DNA of 46,734 bases, from contig JAISLJ010000136.1 of the NCBI GenBank assembly GCA_031290955.1, positions 1-46,734 on the forward strand, given 5' to 3'. This DNA is from Zoogloeaceae bacterium (GTDB lineage Bacteria > Pseudomonadota > Gammaproteobacteria > Burkholderiales > Rhodocyclaceae). The position numbers were made by a program, and so were the translations under genes. Each line of letters opens with the position of its first letter. The stretch's first letter is position 1. Of the stretch, positions 38,209 through 46,734 are shown in pieces. The notes under the pieces were generated by a model that was not told where the DNA came from, made no database searches, and worked only from the letters and a program-made list of their open reading frames with translations.

Positions 38209-39921
38209 CTAGTGGCGTATGCCCAGATCCACGACCCGGCCCAGTTCTTCCAGCGAGGTTTCCCCGGCGAGCACCCGCGCCGCGCCATCGTCGGCCAGGG
38301 GCACGAAGCCCTGGGCAAGCGCGTGGCGCAGGAGTTCGCCGCTCGACGCATGCCGGGCGATGAGATCATCCAGCGCCGGATCCATGCAGAGGATTTCCAT
38401 GATTGCCAGCCGACCGCGATAGCCAAGAAAGCGGCATTGGGCGCAACCCTTCGCCCGGTAGATCAGGGGCTCGGCATCCTCGAACACACCCAGGAGACGG
38501 CGCTCCTCGCGGCTGGCGCGGACGGCCTCCCGACAAGCGGGACACAGGCGACGCACGAGGCGCTGGGCGATGATGCCGGTCACGTTGCCCGGCAGGATGT
38601 CCGGCCGCACGCCGATGTCGATGAGGCGGGGCAGCGCCCCGATGGCGGAAGCGGCATGCAGGGTGGAAAACACCTGATGCCCGGTCATCGCGGCGCGAAA
38701 GGCCATTTCGGCAGTGGCCGCGTCGCGGATTTCCCCGACCAGGATCACATCCGGGTCCTGGCGCATCATGGAACGAATGCCGCTCGCAAAATCGAGCTTC
38801 ACGGCCTCATTGATTGAGGTCTGCCGTACCAGTGGCATCGGGTATTCCACCGGGTCTTCCAGCGTCATGATGTGGATGTGCTCGGAATTGATGTGGTTCA
38901 GGAGCGAGTAGAGTGTCGTCGTCTTGCCGCTTCCGGTCGGGCCGGTGACGAGCACAATGCCTTCCGGGCGGGCCAGCATGCGCCGCAATGTCGCCTGGTG
39001 CGCGGCGGCAAGGCCCAGCGCCTCCAGGGGCACGATGCCCTTCTGTCGATCCAGGATGCGCAGGACGATGTTCTCGCCATGCAGGACGGGCTGCGTCGCC
39101 ACGCGAAAATCCACAGGCCGCCCGGAAACGCGCAAGGCGATGTGACCATCTTGCGGGGCGCGGGTCTCGGCAATGTTCATGCCGCTCATCACCTTGAGAC
39201 GCACGGCCATCGCGGGCCAGCAGGAAGGATGCAAGGCGCGTGTTTGGTGCAGGATGCCATCCTGCCGATAGCGAATGCGCAAAAAACCCTGTTCCGGCTC
39301 GAAATGGATGTCTGATGCCTCACGCTTCACTGCGTCCGTGAGGATGGCGTCGATGAGGCGCACCACCGGCTGGCTGTATTCCCGCGCCCGCCCGTTCGCC
39401 GCGTTCGTCTCTTCCAGGCTCTGCCAGTCGATTTCCCCGGTTTCAAGCTCGCGCAGGATGCCATCAATGGAAAGCGTGTGTCCGTAGTAACGGTCAATGG
39501 CGACGTCAATTTCCGATTCCCCCGCCAGCAGGGTTTCTATGCGCGTCTCCTGCCCCAGAAGCGCGCGCACCTTGTCCTGCGCGACGAGATCATGCGCGTC
39601 GGCGACGGCCAGAGTCAGGCGCTGTTCCGTTTCTTCGTAATGGAGCGGCAGGAGGCGATGCTGCTTGGCGACCTGGCGCGGAATGCGCCGCAAGGCGTCC
39701 GCATCCGCCACGGCATGGGCAAGGTCGATGCTCGCCTTCCCCAGAGATTCCGAAAGCGCGTCCCGCATCGTGCCCTCGGAGAGAAAACCCAAGCGCACCA
39801 GAAGCTTGCCAATGGGCGTCGCCGGTTCCGCCTCCTGCTCTTTCAGGGCGATGCGCAATTGATCCCCGGAAATGAGTCCCCGCTGCAAAAGCGCCTCACC
39901 GAACCGCTGCGGCGCGTTCAT
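38209..39921 (-). CDS. GspE/PulE/PilB family assembly ATPase
   Basis: ASDIHFEP, TGPTGSGKTTTLY, TLEDPVEY, RQDPDVILVGEIRD, TGHQVFSTLH, tetracysteine motif; start MNAPQRFGEALL. Confidence 0.94.
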   Translation of the reverse strand: MNAPQRFGEALLQRGLISGDQLRIALKEQEAEPATPIGKLLVRLGFLSEGTMRDALSESLGKASIDLAHAVADADALRRIPRQVAKQHRLLPLHYEETEQRLTLAVADAHDLVAQDKVRALLGQETRIETLLAGESEIDVAIDRYYGHTLSIDGILRELETGEIDWQSLEETNAANGRAREYSQPVVRLIDAILTDAVKREASDIHFEPEQGFLRIRYRQDGILHQTRALHPSCWPAMAVRLKVMSGMNIAETRAPQDGHIALRVSGRPVDFRVATQPVLHGENIVLRILDRQKGIVPLEALGLAAAHQATLRRMLARPEGIVLVTGPTGSGKTTTLYSLLNHINSEHIHIMTLEDPVEYPMPLVRQTSINEAVKLDFASGIRSMMRQDPDVILVGEIRDAATAEMAFRAAMTGHQVFSTLHAASAIGALPRLIDIGVRPDILPGNVTGIIAQRLVRRLCPACREAVRASREERRLLGVFEDAEPLIYRAKGCAQCRFLGYRGRLAIMEILCMDPALDDLIARHASSGELLRHALAQGFVPLADDGAARVLAGETSLEELGRVVDLGIRH

Positions 39922-40500
39922 GCGACGCAACCCAGGGCGGCTGTGCGGCGCGCGATGTCCAGGATATCCGGCAGGATCGATGGGGAAAACGCCATTGTTT
40001 TTTGCATAGGAAATTGGCATCAATGGCAGAATCCTAATTGCAGGACGATGGATTTGCAAGCCCCTTTCTGCCCACCGGAGATGCCATCTACCCCGCCGTC
40101 CCTTTTCCCGCAAGGAAAGCAGGGAAATTTTGGGAGACGCGAAAAACCCTGTTGGAATGGGTAACACTCCCGATGAAGAACGAATTCGGCGGACGGCAGG
40201 TGTGGGTCAAGGGCGCGTGCAAGGAATACTGGACAAAAACAACCTGAACGACATACAACGCCCGCTGGCGCATGTCCAAAGGGGAAAAGACGAAAATCAC
40301 CCCTCCGAACCAACAGACCGGGATTCAGCGGCTGCATTCGGGAAGAGTTTTGCAAAAGGCGCGAGACAAGCGGCAATGCGCGGGGCGAGGGGGCTAGAGG
40401 GGTGGAATTCCCTGGTCATTGCTCGGTGCAAGTCGACAAAATCGTGACAAACGTGACGAATTTGCAACGAAGCGGGAAAAGCCTTGCTAAAATCCCGCTC

Positions 40501-42132
40501 ATGTCTGAGACCAGCCAGCTTTCATTTGCCGAACTCGAGGCCAAGGTTGCGCGCCTCACACAGGAACTCGAGCAGACCCGCCAGGAGTTGCGGGACATCC
40601 TGGGCGCCAACAACAGCATCGCGGCGGCCCTGTTTCGCAGCGAGGAACGCCTGCGCCTCATCATCGACACCATTCCGGCACAAATCAGCTACTTCGACCA
40701 CGACCAGATCTACCGCTACGCGAACAAGGGTTATTCCAACTGGTTCAACCTGCCGCGCTCGGAGGTCATCGGCGCTTCCATTGTCCGGGTATGGGGCGAG
40801 GAGAGTTATCAGGCCATCCGCCCTTATATTCTTCGCGCCCTCTCCGGGGAGACGGTCACGCATGAATACACGCTGCCTTGCCACGGCGGTCGGCAGGTGG
40901 ATGCGCGCAGTACCCTCGTGCCGGAGATCAACCCGGACGGCACGCCAGTGGGCTGCTTCGAGTTTTCCTTCGACATCACGGAGACCCGCCGCATGCAGGC
41001 CGCGCTCGCGCAGGCGCAGAAGATGGAGGCCATCGGGCAATTGACGGGCGGCGTGGCGCATGATTTCAACAACCTGCTTACCATCATCTGCGGCAATCTT
41101 TCCATGCTGAAGGAACGCTTCCCGGAGCGCACGGACATGCGCGAACTCGTCGAACCCTCGCTGCGGGCGGCCAGTCGCGGGGCGCAGCTTGTGCAGGGCC
41201 TGCTTTCCTTTTCCCGCCAGCAACCCTTGAAGCCGGTGGTGGTCGATGTGGGCAAGCTCATTCTGGACATGCAGCCCCTGATCCGGCACTCGCTGCCTTC
41301 CTCCATCCAGTTTCGCGTCCTTCTTTCCGGGGAGGCGCTCCACTTGCTGATCGACCCAGGGCAACTGGAGAGCGCGTTGCTCAATTTCGCGCTGAACGCG
41401 CGCGACGCCATGCCCGAAGGCGGGGAACTCATCATCCGGGCGCGGCCCGGCGTCCTCTCCGAGAGCGAGGCGCGTCCCCACAAGCTGGAACCCGGCCCCT
41501 ACATCCTGATCGAGGTAACGGATACCGGCTGCGGCATGGAGGAAGCCACCCGAAACCGGGTCTTCGAGCCGTTCTTCACCACCAAGGGTTTTGGGCGCGG
41601 CAGCGGGCTGGGGCTTTCGATGATCTACGGCTTTGCCCGGCAATCGGGCGGGAGCATCGGCGTGACGAGCCTGCCGGACAAGGGCAGCACCTTTTCCCTG
41701 ATCCTGCCGCCCGCGCCGCCGGGCAGCCATGAGGAAAGCCGTCCGGAAGAAGCCGGACTCGTCCGGGCCCATCCCGGCGACTTGGTGCTCCTGGTCGAGG
41801 ACGAACCCGATGTGCGGCACGTGGTGCGCGAACAACTGCTTGACCTGGGCTACCTGGTGCTGGAAGCGGAAAACGGCAACCAGGCCGGGGAGATTCTCGC
41901 GCAGGTGGCGGAGATCACGGTCATTCTCACCGATGTCATCATGCCCGGCGGCATCAATGGCCGGGAATTCGCCCGACAGGCGCTGAAGGAGCGTCCCGGC
42001 CTGCATGTGGTGCTGATGAGCGGCTACGATCAGGCGGCCGCGCCAGGGCAGGGCGACGGCTTCGCGCCGCGGCTCCTGGAAAAGCCCTTCTCCAAGCGCA
42101 GGCTCGCGGATGCCCTGAAACCCGGAGACTGA
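40501..42132 (+). CDS. PAS-domain hybrid sensor histidine kinase
   Basis: Coiled coil, PAS, GVAHDFNNLL, NARDAM, DTGCGM, FFTTK, GSGLGL, C-terminal receiver. Confidence 0.92.
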   Translation: MSETSQLSFAELEAKVARLTQELEQTRQELRDILGANNSIAAALFRSEERLRLIIDTIPAQISYFDHDQIYRYANKGYSNWFNLPRSEVIGASIVRVWGEESYQAIRPYILRALSGETVTHEYTLPCHGGRQVDARSTLVPEINPDGTPVGCFEFSFDITETRRMQAALAQAQKMEAIGQLTGGVAHDFNNLLTIICGNLSMLKERFPERTDMRELVEPSLRAASRGAQLVQGLLSFSRQQPLKPVVVDVGKLILDMQPLIRHSLPSSIQFRVLLSGEALHLLIDPGQLESALLNFALNARDAMPEGGELIIRARPGVLSESEARPHKLEPGPYILIEVTDTGCGMEEATRNRVFEPFFTTKGFGRGSGLGLSMIYGFARQSGGSIGVTSLPDKGSTFSLILPPAPPGSHEESRPEEAGLVRAHPGDLVLLVEDEPDVRHVVREQLLDLGYLVLEAENGNQAGEILAQVAEITVILTDVIMPGGINGREFARQALKERPGLHVVLMSGYDQAAAPGQGDGFAPRLLEKPFSKRRLADALKPGD

Positions 42133-42145
42133 GGAAAATAGAGCC

Positions 42146-42877
42146 ATGAAACCCACGAACCCATTGATCTTCATCGTCGAGGACGACCCGGATGTCGCGC
42201 GTACCGTGGAGCTTACCCTCCAGAGCTTTTCCTTTTCCACGCAGATTTGCCGCAACGCCGCCGAACTGATCCGGCGGTTGCGCATCCGGGCGCCCGACCT
42301 GTGCATCATCGACCTGGGCCTGCCGGACATGGACGGCATGACGCTCATGCAGCATGTGCGCAACGTGAGCGACTGCGGCGTGTTCATCATCACCGGACGC
42401 GCCCATGTGAGCGACCGGGTGATGGGCCTGGAACTGGGCGCGGACGACTACATGGTGAAACCCTTCGAGGCCCGCGAACTGGTCGCCCGCATTCGCAGCA
42501 TCCTGCGCCGCCGCCAGGTTCCAGATCTCCCCGGTCGCCAGCCGACGCCACCCATCGCCGAATTTTCCGGCTGGCGCTTCAACCCCGCCAACAACACACT
42601 GAAAAGCCCGAGCGGCAGCGAACAAATCCTGAGCACCGCCGAGGCCGATTTGCTGCGCATCTTCCTTGTCAATTCCAACCGTATCTTGCAGCGCGAGCAA
42701 TTGCTGGGCAACGGCGAACAGACCCCGATGGACAGGAGCATCGACGCCCGTGTTTCCCGCCTGCGCCGCAAGCTGGACGAAAGCGGTCAATGCCGGGAAC
42801 TCATCAAGACGGTCTACGGCGCGGGCTACCTCTTCCTCTCGCCCGTCAAATGGCTGGACGCCGAACCGGCGGAATGA
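42146..42877 (+). CDS. OmpR-family response regulator
   Basis: IVEDD, IDLGLPDMDG, LGADDYMVKPF, DRSIDARVSRLRRKL, IKTVYGAGY. Confidence 0.93.
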   Translation: MKPTNPLIFIVEDDPDVARTVELTLQSFSFSTQICRNAAELIRRLRIRAPDLCIIDLGLPDMDGMTLMQHVRNVSDCGVFIITGRAHVSDRVMGLELGADDYMVKPFEARELVARIRSILRRRQVPDLPGRQPTPPIAEFSGWRFNPANNTLKSPSGSEQILSTAEADLLRIFLVNSNRILQREQLLGNGEQTPMDRSIDARVSRLRRKLDESGQCRELIKTVYGAGYLFLSPVKWLDAEPAE

Positions 42878-43033
42878 GGCACGGGAAAAGGGGCGCATCG
42901 CCGCCGCAACCTTCTGCCTTCCATCCTGCAATTCCCGCGCCGACGAGATGGGCGGGCGGTTTTGAAAACCAAACGGCGCCGATTCTTCCGGCAGGGTGTT
43001 AGAATCCCCCGCATTCTGTGTGGAGGGGTGGGT

Positions 43034-43933
43034 ATGGACTGGAAGCGCATCGAATCCCGACTGGAAGAATACGCAAAACTGATGCGGCTCGACAAGCCCA
43101 TTGGCACGGTTTTGCTTCTCTGGCCAACGCTCTGGGCGTTGTGGCTCTCATCCGAGGGACGGCCAGGCTGGGCGTGGATCTGGATTTTTTCCCTGGGCAC
43201 TCTCCTCATGCGTTCCGCTGGCTGCATCATGAACGACATCGCCGACCGCAATTTCGATCCACATGTGGAACGAACCCGGGATCGTCCGTTGGCGGCGCGG
43301 CGAGTGAGCCTCCGGGAAGCGATCATCCTGACGCTCTTCCTGTGCCTCGCGGCGCTCCTCCTCATCCTCCCCATCGCCTCGCGCCTGATGCTGTTCCTCG
43401 CCGCCATCGCGGTCTTCCTCGCCTTCTCCTACCCGTTTACCAAACGCTTCTTCGCCATCCCGCAAGCCTACCTGGGCGTGGCCTTCGGCTTCGGCATCCC
43501 GATTGCCTATGCCTCGCAACTGGGCCGTGTGCCGCTGGAGGGCTGGATTCTGCTGGCGGCCAATATCTTCTGGGCCATCGCCTACGATACCGAATACGCA
43601 ATGGTGGATCGCCCGGACGACCAGAAGCTGGGCCTCAAGACTTCCGCCATCACCTTTGGTCGTTTTGACGTGTTGGCGATCATGTTCTGTTATTTCGCGA
43701 GCTTTGTGCTGATCGCCTGGGTGGGACAGGTCTCCGGCCTGAAGTGGTTCTTCCGGGGCAGCCTGCTGTTCGCCCTGCTCCTTTCCCTCTACCATTATTG
43801 CCTGATCCAGAAGCGGCAGGGGCCGGATTGCTTCCGGGCCTTTTTGCACAATCACTGGATCGGGCTGGTCATTTTTCTTGGCATCGCGCTGGATTATCTT
43901 GCCCGGGGCGTGCGCCCGCCGCTCTTCGACTAG
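43034..43933 (+). CDS. ubiA: 4-hydroxybenzoate octaprenyltransferase
   Basis: MRLDKPIG, NDIADRNFDPHVERT, YDTEYAMVDRPDD. Confidence 0.95.
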   Translation: MDWKRIESRLEEYAKLMRLDKPIGTVLLLWPTLWALWLSSEGRPGWAWIWIFSLGTLLMRSAGCIMNDIADRNFDPHVERTRDRPLAARRVSLREAIILTLFLCLAALLLILPIASRLMLFLAAIAVFLAFSYPFTKRFFAIPQAYLGVAFGFGIPIAYASQLGRVPLEGWILLAANIFWAIAYDTEYAMVDRPDDQKLGLKTSAITFGRFDVLAIMFCYFASFVLIAWVGQVSGLKWFFRGSLLFALLLSLYHYCLIQKRQGPDCFRAFLHNHWIGLVIFLGIALDYLARGVRPPLFD

Positions 43934-43948
43934 CGCCCATCCGGGATC

Positions 43949-44698
43949 ATGATTCCCTGGATCGCGGCAGTGCCCGGACAGCCGCCAGCACCTTTCCCGC
44001 CGTCGGAAACCGCCCTGCGCATGCCGAACGGCCTGCTCTGCGCCGGGGGCGACCTTTCACCGGAACGCCTGCTGAGCGCGTACCGGCAAGGCATTTTCCC
44101 CTGGTATTCGGAGGGCGAACCCATCCTGTGGTGGACACCGGACCCGCGCATGGTCTTGTTCCCCGCCGAATTCCGCTGTTCGCGCTCCTTGCGCCACGAA
44201 CTTGCGAAAAGCGTGTGGCGTGTGCGCATGGATAGCGACTTCGCCGCCGTGATCGCCGCCTGCGCCCGAACGCCGCGTCCCGGTCAAGCGGGCACGTGGA
44301 TTGTCCCCGCCATTGAGCGCGCCTACACCTGCCTCCACGAACTGGGCTGGGCGCATTCGGTCGAGGTCTGGGAACTTGTGCCGGAAACCGGGGAGGAACG
44401 TCTGGCTGGCGGTCTCTATGGCGTCGCCATTGGTCGCATGTTCTATGGCGAATCGATGTTCACACGACAAAGCAATGCATCCAAGATCGCCTTCGCCCAC
44501 TTGGTCAGCTACCTGCGCGCGCACGGATTCGGCATGATCGACTGCCAAATGCGCACCGCGCACCTGGCTTCACTCGGTGCCCGGGAAATCCCCCGCGCCG
44601 ATTTCCTGGCCCACCTTGAACGCCTGACCAATCCGCCAACGACACCCGGCCCTTGGCATGTGGAAATAGGGGATCCGGCATCAGGGATCAAACGATAG
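43949..44698 (+). CDS. aat: Leucyl/phenylalanyl-tRNA--protein transferase
   Basis: AYRQGIFPWY, WWTPDPR, AHSVEVW, GGLYGV, YGESMF, IDCQ. Confidence 0.95.
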   Translation: MIPWIAAVPGQPPAPFPPSETALRMPNGLLCAGGDLSPERLLSAYRQGIFPWYSEGEPILWWTPDPRMVLFPAEFRCSRSLRHELAKSVWRVRMDSDFAAVIAACARTPRPGQAGTWIVPAIERAYTCLHELGWAHSVEVWELVPETGEERLAGGLYGVAIGRMFYGESMFTRQSNASKIAFAHLVSYLRAHGFGMIDCQMRTAHLASLGAREIPRADFLAHLERLTNPPTTPGPWHVEIGDPASGIKR

Positions 44699-44830
44699 GA
44701 ACGTCCGTGCATGCGCCGGAAAGTGAACGACGCCCCGCCGCACGAAGAAAAATGCCGGGAGAAACAGAAAAAACAAAGGGAAAGAAACGGTAGGGATGGC
44801 AGGGAAAATCCTGCCCAGATGAATGGAAAA

Positions 44831-44907
44831 TGGCGCGCCCGGAGCGATTCGAACGCCCGACCCCTTGGTTCGTAGCCAAGTACTCTATCCAGCTGAGCTA
44901 CGGGCGC
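44831..44907 (-). tRNA. tRNA-Arg (ACG)
   Basis: GCGCCCGTAGCTCAGCTGGATAGAGTACTTGGCT-ACG-AACCAAGGGGTCGGGCGTTCGAATCGCTCCGGGCGCGCCA, 77 nt with CCA. Confidence 0.97.
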
Positions 44908-44924
44908 GCTGCAAAAGAGCGCCC

Positions 44925-44952
44925 ATTCTAGTGAAAATCGACGTTTTGTCAA
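44925..44952 (-). promoter_or_regulatory. Sigma70 promoter of tRNA-Arg
   Basis: TTGACA (44947-44952), 16 nt spacer, TAGAAT (44925-44930), GC-rich discriminator. Confidence 0.7.
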
Positions 44953-45042
44953 CAATCTCGTGTCACAATGTGTTACGAGCTTTTGAATCTGTCCGCTTTC
45001 ATGATTTTCAAATTGTCTGCTGATGTCCGAAAAAGTGTCTCA

Positions 45043-45084
45043 CGTTGCAGGAGCAATACCGCACGCGGTATTGCTCCTGCAACG
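45043..45084. repeat. Perfect 20-bp inverted repeat (CGTTGCAGGAGCAATACCGC-ac-GCGGTATTGCTCCTGCAACG)
   Basis: Read directly. Confidence 0.85.
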
Positions 45085-45531
45085 CCAGCATCGCGCTATA
45101 ACGGTGGACAAATAGGAAGCTCGTGAACTCCTGAAAATTTTTGTTGCAAAGTTTTTGCATAGTCTGCTAGGATTCGTCATCCGTCCTGCGTCATACCTTG
45201 TTCGGATCGTCGTACACAAGCGTGACGTAGGGAATTTGCATAAAAGTGTAAAAAGGCTTGACAAAGTGAATTTCTCGTCCAGATGTTCTGCAAGCAAGCA
45301 AGCAAGCCTGAGCAAGTCAGGCACAAGATCAGGCGGCACCACCTGAAACTGGCGGAAAACTCTCAAAGATTCTGGTAGAACACCCGAAACCCGTGGTTCA
45401 AGCCCTGCTGGTGTTCATCATTGGATTGTTGCTCGTGATTCTACGCCTGTTGTGGAAAGGACGGGAAAAGCGGCAGGAACAAATTTTCCGCTCGCCAGAA
45501 CCCCGCTCACCCAAATTCGGGAGAAAGTGAC

Positions 45532-46230
45532 ATGCCAAGTACGAACAACAACATGGAATTTATAACCGGCAACCGGAAAAGGGTGTCTGGACCAGAAGAT
45601 TGGCAGAGGTGGTCAAGGCGGGGTCTATACGCTACTCAGCGCTCCCAATACGCTGGCGAAAATTTACCAGAATCCCCGTGATGAACTGCGGGAGAAGCTT
45701 GAATTCATGGTTGGCCTCCAGCAAACGCAGCCGAAAATCATGAAGGATATTTTGAAGCATACTGCGTGGCCAAGTGAATTATTGTATCAGAATGGTCAAT
45801 TTCAGGGCTTTCTCATGCCCCGTTTCCACGATGGGGGAGAATTACACCTGTTCATCGACACGCGAGACCGGCAGACCCATTTTCCAGGCAAGGAGGGAAT
45901 GTTCTTTGCCGCCCATGTCGCCATGAATGTCGCTATCGCCTTTCATTCACTGCACAATTCCGGGCATATTGTCGTGGGGGATATCAAGACCCCCAACATT
46001 CTGTTGAATCGGAAAGGTTCTGTTCGCATCGTTGATTGCGATTCCTTCCAGATCAGCATATCGGGGAAAACCTATCCATGCCCCGTGGACACAGAAGAAT
46101 ACAGGGCACCGGAACGGCAAGGTGCACAGAACAGCAGCAAGGTTCGCACTGTCGCCACGGATAACTTTGCGCTGGCGGTTATTCTCTTCCAGTTGCTTAT
46201 GGGAGCGCATCCCTTCTCCGGCAGACCGCC
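45532..46230 (+). pseudogene. YegI-like Ser/Thr protein kinase, frameshifted near 45586 and truncated at the IS junction
   Basis: MPSTNNNMEFITGNRKRV, then in another frame KIGRGGQGGVY, LAKIY, AWP, GFLMP, VGDIKTPNIL, VDCDSFQI, DNFALAVILFQLL, HPFSG. Confidence 0.78.
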
Positions 46231-46734
46231 CGCCGAGCGCCGCTTCAACCATCGGCGCTGGCGCAGGCTCAAACGCTTTGCTTTGCCGCGATGGATGATT
46301 TCAACGCCCGGATTCTCCCCATCCACTCCGCGAAAACCCAAATCCACCACCACCTGTTTGGGCTTGACACCAACATCTTCAAGCAGGACGCTCACCTGCT
46401 CCAGTTGCTCGCGTAGAATGTGTCCATCATAGGGGTTGCCCGGATATGCCCTTGCGCCCACGATCAACCCTTGCTTGTGTGTCACCGCAATGCCCACCTT
46501 GACGCCAAACTCATAAGGCTTCCTGGCCTTGCCCTTGCCGATGCATTCCACCTCCGGCGCATGCAGGGCGTAGAGCTTGTTTTTATTCTTGGGTTGCTGC
46601 TTGCGAATCCGTTCGGCGCGCCAACAAATGATCCAGATGGCTTATCCTCGCCGAATTCTCCAACGTCGCCTCCGGTCGCTTGCGCCCGATCTCGCGCAGC
46701 ACGATGCCCAGGATCGTCCGCTGCCGTTTGAGCG
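46231..46734 (-). mobile_element. IS5-family transposase remnant (frameshifted, 3'-truncated, runs off the window)
   Basis: KLYALHAPEVECIGKGKARKPYEFGVKV, PGNPYDGH, VDLGFRG, WLKRRSA; upstream LKRQRTILG is in a different frame (shift near 46617). Confidence 0.88.

Noticed and set aside
40501-44698. Local GC skew as support for the origin call
   Set aside because: These plus-strand genes look C-rich and skew is confounded by coding strand; needs a whole-genome calculation
44831-46734. Genomic island integrated at tRNA-Arg
   Set aside because: Accessory DNA lies on the 5' side of the tRNA; no integrase or duplicated tRNA 3' end is visible
1-46734. CRISPR array, prophage, retron or toxin-antitoxin genes
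   Set aside because: No regularly spaced repeats, cas, phage, reverse transcriptase or TA motifs seen

Overview
46.7-kb chromosomal segment of a GC-rich betaproteobacterium (Rhodocyclales-like gene content; inference). Housekeeping genes: lplT, rnpB, an MpaA-like peptidase, fused ispDF, pgsA, uvrC, nrdA, metH, argC, ppk2, miaA, an inactive pyrC', ubiA, aat and tRNA-Arg(ACG). It has two type IV filament clusters: a fimT-pilVWXY1-pilE-pilE minor-pilin operon followed by a PilH-like regulator, and a minus-strand GspE/GspF/PilMNOP-like plus prepilin cluster without a secretin. There is also a PAS hybrid kinase/OmpR pair and a decayed right end (YegI-like kinase pseudogene joined to an IS5 remnant). 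Signals the gene list does not explain: (1) an AT-rich nrdA-metH intergenic region with inward-facing DnaA boxes, a consensus parS site inside the metH CDS 3 kb away, and a GC trough around both, together suggesting an oriC/partition locus away from dnaA; (2) pilW out of frame at a G10 tract (phase variation or sequencing error); (3) REP-like palindromes and heptamer repeats translated in frame inside proteins, including unusually long prepilin leaders; (4) a DUF883-like fragment fused to LplT. Family assignments come from recalled motifs; no searches were run.
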